Below, piece by piece: positions 13,713-27,411 of a stretch of DNA of 64,000 bases; position 1 is the first letter of the stretch; each line of letters starts with the position of its first letter. The notes below the pieces were generated by a model. That model had not been told where the DNA came from. It made no database searches and saw nothing but the letters and a program-made list of their open reading frames with translations. Source of the stretch: Lytechinus pictus (Eukaryota); NCBI RefSeq assembly GCF_037042905.1, contig NC_087245.1:17734001-17798000 (forward strand). Reading direction: 5' to 3'. Both the position numbers and the translations under genes were made by a program.

Positions 13713-14344
13713 GTATATATCTATATATATGTATGACTCATGAGACACAGACACGTATCTCACTACACAGATAGTACGAGTGCCGAGAGTGAGCTCAAAT
13801 TTCTTTATATTCTGAGCTGAAAACTTGATATTCTAAGCATTTTTGGTACCAATGATTAAGATTTGTATCTAAAAGAGAATAGATGCGAGCGCGAAGCGCG
13901 AGCTGAAAATTTTGATATTTCGATCTGAAAAAATGACAGTTTACTGGACGTTTTTGATAAAGAACAAGCTATATATCCAAGAAAAGATGATTGCAAATTG
14001 AAGCAGTTCTTTTGAGGCTTAGAACTGAAAATGGGACATTTACATTCACCAATTTAATCATGAAAAGTATGGGTTTTTGCTACAGAAATGATGCGAGCGC
14101 GAAGCGCGAGCTGAAAATTTTTATATTCCAATCTGAAAAGCGGACATTTTGAGCACGATTTTAAATAAAGAACGAGTTGTGTATCTCAATCTCGCTTGCT
14201 GAACATTACAATCTTGTTTTTTTTAATGCATATCCGGAATTATTGGGGGGGCAAAATGATATGTTTGCCCCCCCCCCCCCAATATTTTCATTGGTGGGGC
14301 GATCGCCCCCCTGCCCCCCCCTACCCCCAGGATCGACGCCTCTG
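13546..14344 (+). mobile_element. hAT-type MITE with internal (CA)n/(TA)n microsatellite
   Basis: TIRs CAGGGGCGTCGATCC / GGATCGACGCCTCTG; perfect 8-bp TSD TTGACGAG. Confidence 0.9.
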
Positions 14345-14586
14345 TTGACGAGTGGATACCATGCGCGACCAAAAAAAACGTAAAAAGGATGTCTTTTTCA
14401 AGATAGGATACGTTACGTACGTAACGTAATAAGGGTGTAAAAAACACTAAAATTATCATAGGGTATCTATTTCGCTAGGAAAGCTACGTGTTTAGGGCAA
14501 AATTTGCGGGGTATAAAATATCAAGACTAAAATGTTTTATAAAGGATATCATTTTTGCCCCAACAGTCAACACTACGATTTGCGCG

Positions 14587-15370
14587 CGGGGGCGTCGATC
14601 CATTTTTCAGATTGGGGGGGGGGCGCAAAATCATGAATCAACGTTCAAAAGGCGCTCGATCACACAAAACAAACTCACCCCCCCACACACATAGGCCTAT
14701 ATATATATATATATGACTCATGAGAAAAAGACACATAATTTATTAGTATCCTGGCCTGAAAATAGGAAAAGGTACCTGTTTTTGGACTCATGAGGAGGAT
14801 ACATATCTCACTACACAGATAATGCGAGTGCCGAGAGTGAGCTGAAATTTCTTTATATTCTGACCTGAAAGCTTGATATTCTAAGCATTTTTGGTACCAA
14901 TGATTAAGATAGGTATCTAAAAGAACAATAGATACGAGCGCGAAGCGCGAGCTGAAAAGTTTGATATTTCGATCTGAAAAAAATGACAGTTTAATGGACG
15001 TTTTTTAATAAAGAACAAGATATATATCCAACAAAAGATTATTGCAAATCGAAGTGGGATTTTTTTTTTAGGTTTAGAACTGAAAACGGGACATTCTATT
15101 CACCTATTTTATCATGAAAAGTATGGGTTTTTGCTACAGAAATGATGCGAGCACGAAGCGCGAGCTAAAAAAAATTATATTACAATCTGAAAAGCGGACA
15201 TTTTGAGCACGATTTTAAATAAAGAACGAGTTGTGTATGTCAATCTCGCTTGCTGATTTCTGTGTAACATTACAATCTTTGTATTTTATTTTTGCACATG
15301 CGGAATTATTGGGGGGGGGGGCAAAACGATATGTTAGCCCCTCCCCAATATTTTCATTGGTGGGGCGATC
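14587..15370 (+). mobile_element. Second copy of the same MITE, right TIR lost
   Basis: Colinear with 13546-14344 but stops at TGGGGCGATC, directly abutting the 15374 inverted duplication. Confidence 0.85.
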
Positions 15371-15471
15371 ATGTGACTCCATCCATGCGCAGTGTCTTTA
15401 CTGTACAACATTTTAAACTTGTTTCCAATCGATTATCTTTGGTATTTTTTTATTTTTATAAATCTACAGTA

Positions 15472-16340
15472 TAGAGACCAAATAATCTGTATAGTCGATT
15501 TGACATTTTCCGAACCTAGAAATGTTCTTTCCGATGAAGTTTTTTCTTGATTCGTGTTCCTATGGGGTCCAAGAACAAATTCAGCTTGGTTGCCCAAAGT
15601 TGCCGTTTGGGCAATTTTGCTAATTTGCATAAATCCAAAATGGCCGCCAGATGCTATCTTGAAAACCTAACTTTTGAACCCCTTTCCACAAAATGATGAG
15701 TAATGACTCGTTTTAGGGGTTTAGAGATGTGTAGAACCGATTTCTGGAATCATTTTTGCAATATAAGGTCATCTTCAGGTCAAATCCAAGATGGCCGCCA
15801 GATGCCTTCTTGAAAAATTGACTTTTAATCCCCTTGCCCCAGAATGACGAGTAATACCTTTGTTTAGGGGTTTTTGGGGTGTGTAGAATCCATTTCTGCT
15901 TTCTATTTTGCAATATAATGTTATCTTCGGGTCAAATCCAAGATGGCCGCCATATGACGCCATCTTAAAATCAACTTTTGAACCCTTTGCCCCAGAATCA
16001 TGAATAATAACTCTATTCGTGAGTCATCTGGTATGTTGATTCAATTTATGCTGTAATTTTGCATAAAGGATAATCTTCAGATCAAATCCAATATGGCCGC
16101 CAACCGCCATCTTGAAAAATTAATTTCCGTGGCTTACGTGTAAGAGCTAATGTAAAGGGATTTCTGTATAAGAATACTCATTTCTTTTATTAATTCTCAC
16201 GTTTTTGTCCCAGAATCATAAAAAATCCCTCTTTTCGTGAGTTATTTGATATGTTGATTCCATTTCTGTAAATAATTTTACAATATATAATCATCTCCAG
16301 GTCAAAATAATCGAACATGGCCGCTAAACGCCATATTAAG
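15472..16340 (+). mobile_element. Left end of an Academ-like element with about 150-bp TCCAAGATGGCCGCC repeats
   Basis: TAGAGACC start; repeated AAATCCAA.ATGGCCGCC units at about 15632, 15782, 15934 and 16084. Confidence 0.55.
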
Positions 16341-16731
16341 AAAAAATAGATATTTCCCGAGACTATCGAACCTTGAAGAAGTACTCTCCCTAATAAGGTT
16401 ACTATTATGTATGGGAGCTCATGTAAGGGGATTTCAGTGAGAATGATTCATTTCTTTTCATTACTCCATTTTTAGTTCGAGGTCAAGTCACGTCTAAGAT
16501 GGTCAGATGGTTGATAGATTTCGTCATTAACCGCTTACTTTAGAATGAAACCATTTAAGGTTTGGGCTATGATTTCGGGAGTTCTAATCCTTTTTTTTTT
16601 CTGTCCAACCATACTTTTCCAGTGAAAGGACTTTAAAGTATTATTTGAATTAAAAAGTTATTTCTCCGTATTTTTTAAAAAAATTAGTTAACTTATTAAC
16701 TTTCTTAATAATTATCATTGGACTTTTCCTC

Positions 16732-17040
16732 CTGACAAGAGCCATTGACTTGGTCAGCAGGAGTGCACTATTTAGCCTCCTGCAGAAGATAGGCTCCCCT
16801 AAGACTGTTCCATGGTCAGGATGGATCTCATTCGTGAAATGTTGTACGGAAACGATGTCGCCCCTGCCTCTCAAGAGGTGAGAGTACAAGACCTAGTCAT
16901 ACATAACAGCTGCCTGTCCTGTGCATGTAAGGAGTTTGGATCACCCATCAGCCTGTGAGACAGAAATCCTGATCGACTCAAGACACTGACTGTCCTCCAG
17001 ATATCTATATCAACAGCACGCACTCGTCTGTTTGTGGTGG
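16732..17040 (+). mobile_element. Degraded RTE-type LINE RT fragments
   Basis: LTRAIDLVSRSALFSLLQKIGSP (compare DLTKAFDLVSR..L..LL.KIGCP) and LIREMLYGNDVAPAS (compare LIRE.L.ADDAAL). Confidence 0.75.
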
Positions 17041-18096
17041 ACTGAATCTGTTCTAGGACCCCATAGGAACACGAATCAAGAAAAAAACTTCATCGGAAAG
17101 AACATTTCTAGGTTCGGAAAATGTCAAATCGACTATACAGATTATTTGGTCTCTATACTGTAGATTTATAAAAATAAAAAAATACCAAAGATAATCGATT
17201 GGAAACAAGTTTAAAATGTTGTACAGTAAAGACACTGCGCATGGATGGAGTCAATTCAAGCGAAGAGAGAAAACGAGGACGAGGGACCAATAGTCGTATG
17301 CACCGCTATATTGACCAAAAACATGTATCATTGCATGAAATATTGTATCAGATTATTAAGTTCGTGTAAACACGATATATTTATAGATTGACTGCACTTT
17401 TTTTATTTGTTATTATTTTTTTAATAGTGAAGTCATCTTTTTCATATGTGGAAATATCAAATTGTCCAAAATCGTAAAATATGCCTTCTATACTGGAAAA
17501 TATTTATTTAAAATACTGAAAAGATATTTGCATGTCGGCAAAAACACATGGAACATCGGAGCCTCGTGGAACAGATTTTTCACGTACGCTTGAATAAACG
17601 CAGTGTACGGGAAAATTAACAGTAGTAGAAGTCATGTGATCTTCGATCAAGAATTGATTACCAATGTTAGATGCTTAACGCAAGATCGCATGTTTGCATC
17701 GAATTGAATATAAAAACAGTAACAGTAATATCGAGCCGATATTTATTTTTTTTATTTGCAAACCATACTTTTTAAAACAATATAAATAACAGTGTGAGGT
17801 TGCGTAAGCCGGATCGACACAGAAAAATACATATTTCAAGATAATAATTCAAGAAAACAATTAGTTATGATTCTGAGAGCAAACAGCTGGGTGTTTCAGA
17901 AGGCTAGTCGGAGCTGCCAACGGCCTACGCACGACTGGCTACCATATTTCTTGAGAAAATCAGCAATTATGAGGGGTATAAATGAATAAATAAATAATAA
18001 ATGAGGGGTATATCCGTAAAGTTACCCTGTGGGTATATCCAAAATAAACGTGAAGATAGTGCCACCAGTCGTGCGAGCAGCCCACGAACAGCCCTA

Positions 18097-19271
18097 AGCC
18101 CCTTTCACAATTGACGTACGACCTGTTTACGACCGCCTGCAACAGTTTTTTCTTGTTGTTGCACGATCGATCTCTTGGTGTCTTGTGAGCACTCGCAGTG
18201 GTTGTAGACGAACGCACGAATTTGAGGTGGTCGGAGGTGGTCGTGACTGGTCGCATCTGAATTTGAACACGTTCAAAATCCAAACGCGATCAAATACGAT
18301 TGATTTACTCGCATCAGGTCGTACCATCGGTCGGGCGATCATCGTGTGAGTGTTGTTCAACGTTGTACGACTTGGTGCGAGAGGTGACACAACTACGTAT
18401 AGTCGCATTTAGTCGACTGGAGGTCGTACAATACTTGCACATGCGCTAGATACCTACAGAGACCAGTCTTGCGACTGGTTGCGATAATATAAGACTGTTG
18501 CAAGACCGATCGAAATTACGGCTTACAACATTCCAATCCCGTTGCATTCGCATGTATGCGACCGTACAGCCCCTTTCACAATTGACATCCGACCAGTTTA
18601 CGACCGCCTGCAACAGTTTTTTCCTGCTGTTGCACGATCGATCTTTTGGTGACTTGCGAGCACTCGCAGTCGTTGTAGACGGTCGCACGAACTCAAGGTG
18701 GTCGTGACTGGTCACATCTGAACTTTGAACATGTTCAAAATCCGAACGCGATCAAATACGACCGATTCACTCGCATCAGCTCGTATCCGGGGTCGTACCA
18801 TCGGTCGGGCGATCATCGTGGGAGTGTTGTTCAACGTTGCACGACTTGGTGCGACAGGTGGCACAACTAAGTAGTCGCATTTACTCGACTGGAGGTCGTA
18901 CAACACTTGCACATGTGCTAGCGACCTACATGTACAGAGACCTGTCTTGCGACTGGGTGCGATAATATGATGGGCAATAAGACTGTTGCAAGACCGATCG
19001 CAACGGCTTACAACATTGCACTACCGTTGTGTGCGACCGTTCCCCTCGCAATCCCTCGTGCAACACTCGCATGTGATCGCACGAGCACAATAGGATCATA
19101 AGCGACTTACTCGTGCAACGGGTTTTACTGGTTGTTTTTGTTGTACGACAGCTGTTGCAACTGTGAAAGCCTCTGTGCGATATTATGAGATGACTGGCGA
19201 TTGATGCCTGTTGCAGCCTGTCGCACGACCAAAAGGTCGCAAGTGGTCGTACGTCAATTGTGAAAGGGGCT
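18097..19271. mobile_element. PIF/Harbinger-like non-autonomous element with duplicated left half
   Basis: 27-bp TIR AGCCCCTTTCACAATTGACGTACGACC and its reverse complement; flanks CTA/TTA (TWA-like); second left end at about 18569. Confidence 0.75.
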
Positions 19272-20984
19272 TTATGAAATGGCTTCCTGAAACAAAGTAA
19301 AAAAAAAAACAAAAAAAACAGTAGTTGTGTTAGGCGAAATCCACGTGTACAATATATTGACTAACTGCATTCAACCATCACAACCGTAGAATTGCGATCT
19401 AAAAATTACTCAAACTTCAGAATGAATATCAATATATATAAATATATATAAATATATTGATATGACGTCCAAGGTAGCATCTCCGGAAATTAGGATTTAT
19501 AAGTATGAGTGCGTCCAGTCAGAAACTTGTGCTATTTTGTTTGTTTAGATACGCAATGATAAATGTTCTCAAGCTGAGAGGGTTGGACTCACTCATGCGT
19601 CAACATGATATAGTCCAGTCAATATAGGGTTTGACCCACCACTAATTGCAACACGAGATATTCCACTGCAATGCTTTCAAGGAAGGTCCCCTAAACAACA
19701 TACTAAAAGTCCCAAGAAATCCAAGCAGTGGAAATTTATGAAATTTGCATATTATGCAAATTAGCCATAAAAAGTAAGAAAAATAAGGAAAATAGCCCAA
19801 AGATTACAAATTGAGTGTCCAAAACAATTTAATTTGAGCGAAAATTCATGATAAATAACTGTATTCAATGTTTTTTGTCAAAAGTGCAAAAAAAATCTAC
19901 CTCATTTGCATAATATGCAAATAAGCATCCTTATATGGAAAAATGTGTAGGTATTGTGATTTTCTCTCATTATCTGCTTGAAAATTTCATTAATGTTGGA
20001 ATTTACATGCTGCTATTACTAAGGACGTTGAATACATTTGTATTCAGCTTAGTGTACGTCTGTAGTGTAATTTGCATATTATGCAAATAAAAGTATCTAA
20101 CATGTTATAAATATTCAAGAAAACACACTGGTGATACATCCCTCAAAAATTGCAAGTAGATTATCTATTGAAATTGGAATATGGCAATACCTTACAGGAA
20201 GGTTTCCTAAACACCATATTAAAAGTCCTTAAATATACAAGCATATGGGAAAATCACAAAATTTGCATTTTATGCAAATTAGCCATAATAAATTACAAAT
20301 AAGGAAAATAATCCAAATATTGGAAATCAAGTGCAATCAATACGAATTGAACTGAAGCCCATGACAAGTTTTACAAATTTATTTATGTTTTAAATAAAAA
20401 ATCTTAAATAAATCTACCTCATTTGCATATATATAAGCATCTTTATATGGAAAAAATGCAGAAATTTAGATTTTTCTCACAAAAACAGTTATGAAAACAT
20501 TTCAGTCTAGATCAATATGATTTGATCACTAAGAATGGGAAATACATTAATAATCAGCTTAATATCTGAAGTGTAATTTACATATTATGCAAATAAGCAT
20601 CCGACATGTTATAAATATTCAAGGAAACACATAAGTGATACTTTCCTCTAATATTCCATGTAGATTATGTGTATTAACCATGATGACCTTCCCTACACTT
20701 CTTGCTTGGTTGATATTGAGTTTTGTCACGAGCAGTTACCCCACTCATATTGTACAATGATGAGTCAATTCTACATGGATCCCACTGCTTGAATGTTTCA
20801 TTATTTCCATCCAAGTCTTGCTCTCTTCTTGACTTTGTATAGAGACTTTGCGTTTCTTGCGAGTATAGTCCACGCTAGCAACTCCTGGATTGCCAAGTGA
20901 TCAGCACAAGATGTCACACCCGTACAAATAAAAGCCCATTAGCTTCGAATATTTGGTCCTTGTAGCACACCAATTAGCTTATAA

Positions 20985-21527
20985 ACTTGGGGGCCTTGTA
21001 TTTAAAGCGCTTAACGATAAATCTCCACCCTACATCTCAGAGCTCTTATCTCAGCATAGACCAACACGCAGTCTCAGATCAGCAGCTCAAGCATTGCTGA
21101 GGGAATCTCTCAGCCACACAACCTGGGGTGACAGAGCCTTCTATATCTCTGGACCAAAGCTGTGGAATAGCCTTCCCCAATTTATCAGGATAGCAGAGAC
21201 CCAATCAACCTGGGGTGACAGAGCCTTCTACATCTCTGGACCAAAGCTGTGGAATAGCCTTCCCCAATTTATCAGGAGAGCAGAGACCCAATCAACTTTT
21301 GAGTCTTACCTGAAGACCTTTCTGTTCCCCACTCCAACATTATCCCAAGACAAGAATAACTCAATTGTAGCATTACTAGGACAGTACTTGAACTGAATGA
21401 TGATCCTAAGCACTGTTTGAAGACATTGAAATTTGTGAGATATTTCCTATTTTTGAGCAAGCGCCATGAGCGCCCAGCTAGCTGAGGCGGATACCGACGC
21501 TTTACAAGAACCCATCATCATCATCAC
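20985..21527 (+). mobile_element. 5'-truncated L2/CR1-type LINE (ORF2 C-terminus, 3'UTR, (CAT)n tail)
   Basis: LVFKALNDKSPPYISELL..RSLRS..GDRAF...GPKLWNSLP is typical of L2 ORF2 ends; in-frame 87-bp tandem duplication; tail CATCATCATCATC. Confidence 0.85.
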
Positions 21528-21879
21528 TTGTCTTGGTGGTGAATATGAGTACTTGCTTGGATCACAAGATCTCTGGGCATGCTTAATAAGAGTAACAATG
21601 GGCATTTGCCTATACGAGCGACATGCAGGCCATTCATAAATTCATGATGAAGGCTTAAAGTGCATTATAGACATCTTTCTCAGATACAGGAATCGTAATT
21701 AGACTTTCTTGCTGAATCCAGTTGCTGCTTCATGATGAAGCATCCATTTTCTGTTCTCTCCTCTTTGATAAATCTCCTATGGCAACCATCTCCAAATATT
21801 AAAGCTATAGTTTCTAAGTAAGTCGTATGCAAATTATAATATTAATTTCCTGATATTTATGGTAAACAGAAATTCCTCA

Positions 21880-22920
21880 GTGAGACAATGAACAAACCAG
21901 ATGGAGAACTAAGCCAGATTATTGCCTTTCCAACAAGAGGACACAACATAATGGAACACCCTTAACATCACCATCAAATACCATCCAACATTGATTAGAC
22001 AGTGTGTACCACGTTCAAGATTTATTTGCCACTATGTGCTACTCATGGGTATACTGTGAGGTTATCCAGAGGAATAAACATTTTATGGTACGACTAAGGA
22101 TGTTCTTCTGGAGGAATGCTGACTTTAATAGTGTCATGCAGATGTACTTTGGACAATCATACAGCTCTCTGTACTGAAATCCGACAAGTCGAGCATAGGA
22201 GACTGAATGCCAATCGAGAGGACTTTAACAAGAACACACTGTTAACCATGTCTTCTTCCGACACAAGTTGCCTCAATGAGAAAATGGACATAAGTTGTGT
22301 CGGAAGGTGTCAAGAGTTTTAGAGAAAGGCTAGGAAGGCTTGCACATTTTAGAGCTCCAAAAGCATCAGTAAGGTAAAGCTCAGAATTGCTACAATGCAT
22401 TAAAGAGGACCATAAGAGGGTTTGTAGACAAGCCTATAATACATAATTTGTTGACCGGATTGACAATGATCCAGGCTGTAACAATTAGCATGTTGGGAGC
22501 CCTTAATATCAATAGCTATGACTACATTGGAATATCATTATTAAAGGAAGGCAAAGATTTTTAGTCTTAGTATTCACCACTGATCATGATGATGATGACG
22601 CTGAAGTCCTGGGACCCAGTCCTGACCCAGATATGGCCAGATAACATATTGTTTAGTCAAGCAGGTGTAGCCAGACTACTGAAGAAATTGTAACCTGCAT
22701 GAAGCTACTAGGCCAGACGGAATCTCTGCTGCACTTCTTAATGAGACTACTCATCAGATCTTACCTGCCATAAGTTTGCTTTTCCTGGCCTCCCTTTATC
22801 ATGTTTATGCGGTGAAATTTCAAGAAAGTCTAAGTCGTTCCCATCTATATAAGAAAGGGTTGTCAACTCTAACAAACTACACACCAATTCAAATACTGTG
22901 CTTTGTTCTTGCCAATCCCA
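21880..22920 (+). mobile_element. Old, degraded LINE ORF2 remnant
   Basis: Residual motifs GPDGI (about 22711), VVPI..KKG (about 22834) and NYTPI (about 22875), with many indels. Left boundary approximate. Confidence 0.5.
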
Positions 22921-24990
22921 TCATCTTGTCAGACTAACGCTTAGGTAGCGAAGAACATATTTCCAGTATTTTTCCTTGAATATAAATCATATTAGGATAG
23001 ATTTGAATGCTTAGTGATAGCAGCATATTAATTTGAAAAACTTAAATGTTTTCACTGCAGTCAATGTGATAAAATCTAAATTTATTGACATTTTCCAAAT
23101 AAGGATACTTATTTGCATAATATGCAAATGAGGCAGATTTGCTAGCTTTTTTAAATAAAGACATTTAACTTATTTATTCATCATGTTCAAAATTACTTGC
23201 TGTGGACATTTAATTTGTAATCTTTGGATTAATTTCCTCATTTTCTATTTTTTAAATGGCTAATTTGCATAATATGCAAATTAATTTTCAGGCATTGGGA
23301 TGAATTCTCATGCTTAGTGATGTAGTAGCATATTAATGTCAACATTAATGAAATGTTTTCAAGCAGTCTATATGAGAAAAATCACAATATCTTGACATTT
23401 TTTTCCATATAAGGATGCTTATTTGCATAATATGCAAATGAGGTAGACATTTTTGCACTTTTGATTGAAAACATTGAATTCAGTTATTTATCATGAATTT
23501 CCATTCAAATCAAATTATTTTGGACATTTAATTTGTAATCTTTGGATTATTTCCCTTCTTTTTCTAATTTTTCACGGCTAATTTGCATAATATGCAAATT
23601 TCATAAATTTCCACTGCTTGGATTTCTTGGGACTTTTAGTATGTTGTTAAGGGGACCTTCCTGGAAAGCATTTCAGTGGAATATCTCGTGTTGCAATTAG
23701 TGGTGGGTTACCCCCCTATTCTGGCTAGATTGACTGGACTAATAGGAGATGTGTTTACAAATGACATCATAAGTATTGTGCAGGAACACCCGGTACTTGC
23801 TCAATAACAGGTAAAAAGTTTTAATTTGAGCTGTCATTGAATGAAATCTGATTAACCGACAAAGTGCGACTTCATTCCGATCACTGTACAATACATATAT
23901 TTCCAAAGACAGAAGATTTAGAGCCAAAAAGCATCACGGAATGATCACGGAACACAAGGCACGATAAATACCAGACCCTGCACTCACGCTTGTAAATTCG
24001 GGAACTCAGTTCCTTGTCAATCGTCAAACATATTGTTATGCGAAGAGAGAATAAATACGCAAAACGTATATACGTATATGGACATTACTACCAGGGAAAA
24101 TTCAGTAAAACTAAAAACATCAAGTTTTTACATATAGTCGAAATGCCAGAGCCACTGTTTCATTGGTAGCTAATTACTCTATCAGGAAAAAAAATGGCAC
24201 ATTCTCATTAAGGCGAAACACTGTGGAAAAACATCCCTATAATTTGAACCACTCTCTGATCAACTTTGCTAACGTTGACAATTACACGAGAGAGAACCGG
24301 AATATGAAGCAAGCATAACATGAAAACGTGACTGAATTTGCAATTGATCCTTGCGTTGAATTCAATTAAGGGGTTGATAACAGATAAATCGAAAAGAATA
24401 TAGTTCAGTACCTCAAGCTGAGGATTATGAGGTGAGTATGAATGATTATTGTACACAAAAATATCTTTGTGGAAAGCTACAAGAGTACGTTGAAGTCAAC
24501 AGTGCAAAGTGGAACCCTTAACACTCGAAAACGGACTCCCACCATGGACCTATTAAAGTATACACCCGAAGAATCAAAAGTATTTTATAATGACTTTATG
24601 TGGTCATCATTGTAAAGGGGAAGTATTACTAATCAGATATATAACTTCACTTTTCAAAATAGTGATCAGAGTTTGCAGAAATCAGCTCTCAAAAATGATT
24701 TATTTTCATGCCATATTTCTGCCTTCCACCGGTCCTCTTGCGAGCTCCAGCTGAGTGACGTCACACAATGAGCAGTGAGCAGCTGAGCTGACAGCAGCCT
24801 ATTGGAGACAATCTTTCCAATCAGCGTTTTTTGCTCTTAGAATTGTTTATTCCTCTTAAGATTGGTCTTGTTATATAGATAAAAGTTTGAATTTACTGAA
24901 CAGTGAAAAAAGTGCACATTTAACGTATTTTGGTAACCGATATTTAGCTTAGAATTTTTTTTTTCAAGAAATATATGTGAATAAACAAAG

Positions 24991-26403
24991 CACTGGCGTA
25001 AATCCCGCGGGGGGGATAGGGGGATATATCCCCCTACTTTTCGAGGAGGGGGGGATGGCCTGTACAAACATCCCCCTCCCCCACTTTTTACGAAAGAAAT
25101 GAAAAAAAAATCACAAGAGATAATTGTTTTATTGGTGAAAATTCTTCCTAAAATACCGCTTAACAAATAAAACAATATTATTGAATCATAAAATGCAAAT
25201 AAAAAGCCATTTCACCATTTCCAAACGAAATAGTTATGTCCTTATTATAACATTGGAGAGAAACCCCCGTTTCTTCCAATTCATCAATGTTAGGGTCTTT
25301 GGAAGGGATTAAGATGGAATGTCAAAAAAATATGAATGTAATCTCTAATAAAACCATTAAACAATCATGGGGTAAAAAAGATAATAATATTGGAGGGGTA
25401 TTTGCCATATGGACATACAGTGGCGTAACTACGGGGGACATGGGGGCACATCCCCCCCCCCCCCATCGGCTGACCAGAAAAAAAACGGGGAAAGGGGGAA
25501 AAGGAGAAAAGAGGGAGAAAGGAAGAGAAACATAGTGAAAGAAGAAAATATTATTCATCATTATAATATTATATTATATTATAATTATGTTATGTTACAT
25601 TACATAAGAAACATTTTTATCATAACTTTATGATTTGCCCAGGGCCTGCGTCTTCATTGTTCCTGGTGCTCGCAGTGTCTGTTTAACGAGATATATAATC
25701 CTGTTGTACTAAAACATCCCGTTTTCAAGTCAATACAAACTAAATATGTTTCCTAGCACTTGAGTTATCATTGTTTTATGTAATGACATATATGCTTCTT
25801 TTTCATGTCTCAAAAAGTGATTGCCCCATGTTAAGGTCTTCATATATATGAAACATTTCCTGTCCGTGATTACGTTCGCATTAGTGGATTTGTGAGATAT
25901 GTCTGCTCTTCATGAATTCCCCAAATCAGTCCTTAAAATGTCCCTTCTTCTGATCTGAATATCAAAAATTTTCAGCACGCGCTTCGCGCTCGCATCATTT
26001 GGTTAATGAAATACGTATGGTCCTAGTTAATTCCTACAAAGAAACCTTAAATGCCCCACTTCAGGTCTGAATTATCTAAACGCGCTTCGCGTTCGCATTG
26101 TTTAGCGAGACAGGTACCTATCATAATTACGCAAATTTGATTATAATGTCCCTTTTTAGGTGTGAATATGAAAAAATTTCAGGTGGTCAGTATAACTGAC
26201 AACTGAGCGCGCTTCGCGCGCTCACTAGCGCACTCACTCAGTGATTTAAAAATTTTGCTAGTGCCCCCCAATGCTGCGACCCACGGTACGCCACTGTGGA
26301 CATATCAATGACAATTCCTTGCATATCTAAAAACATGATTGCAAAAAAATTCCAAAATATTTCAGTCATCCACCCCACCCATCAACACGGATTTACGCCA
26401 GTG
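24991..26403 (+). mobile_element. Composite MITE (CACTGGCGTAAATCC TIR) carrying a nested hAT MITE
   Basis: TIRs CACTGGCGTAAATCC / GGATTTACGCCAGTG. Confidence 0.85.
25418..26296 (+). mobile_element. Nested hAT-type MITE
   Basis: CAGTGGCGTA / TACGCCACTG TIRs; 8-bp TSD TGGACATA. Confidence 0.9.
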
Positions 26404-27411
26404 CAATTTAATAATTTAATTGTTCATTTTGTTCAATCTCGCGCTTAGCAAGAGGAATAGGAAGATAGTCATCATTTTTTTTAAGAAAGTCAATGCATAA
26501 CATATAATACACAATATATAAACAAATTTCAAATGTTTGGATATAAAACGGACCAATGAAAATTAAAATAATTATATACACGCGATTGATATATTGACAA
26601 TAATAAAAAGGCAGAGTAAACGACATAAAATAGACAACAGTTTATTTAAAATGAATAAACCTATGAAGCAAGAACCTCGAGAATGAATTGCTTCAAAATC
26701 TTAAAAGTTTGTTGGGCTCCCAGGGACAGGAGAAAGCAATGACGTCTATCGGTGCATGGAAAATTCATACCAAAAAATGGTTGTTGGGCCAGGCCTGGAA
26801 ATGAGACAATCCGCTGCACCCCCCCCCCCTCTCTCACACTCTGACCCTCAAACACGAACACTCTCAAAACCATCAACACAAGCACCAACCAGCCCCTCCC
26901 CTCCCCCTCCTCTCCCTCTCTGCAACAGACCCAGCCAGAAGGGTACAGCAGACTGCCTCACACCCCAACCCCGCCCAGTCATCATTTTCATATGCATGTC
27001 CTAAGGATGTCCGGTCCTATGTTAAAACTCAATGTAATAATAATATGTGATCCTTATCCACCTCACAATTTTCCTACAAAGTTTAATTCATACTTCAGTA
27101 CTTTACATATTTAAAAGAAATATTCGGGGAAACGGATAAACGATCAAAATTACCGTCTTGTCGATTTTTTTCACAACACAGTTGCTGAATTCAAAGAGCT
27201 TTGCGACCCACACCCTTTATCATGTAAGAACATCAATCTATCTGGAGGGAGATCGATTCAACTCATTCCAAGATTAGCATCAACATCAAACGATCCTGAA
27301 CCAGTTCTTTGGAAAACTCCCATCTTGGCGCCATTTTGTCTGTGTTTTACCGAAAAGAAATGGTGAGTGCTTACAAACGATCTTCTAGAGATATTTTGGA
27401 CATGATAGGCA

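Larger units (their letters stand above)
15374..17253. repeat. About 197-bp apparently perfect inverted duplication (15374-15570 / 17056-17253)
   Basis: Reverse-complement match by eye, including homopolymer lengths; no TSD. Confidence 0.9.
19611..23741. mobile_element. Academ-like non-autonomous element with long TIRs, 4.1 kb
   Basis: TAGTCCAGTCAAT / ATTGACTGGACTA ends, several hundred bp of inverted similarity, 3-bp TSD ATA; many ATTTGCATA.TATGCAAAT motifs. Confidence 0.8.
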
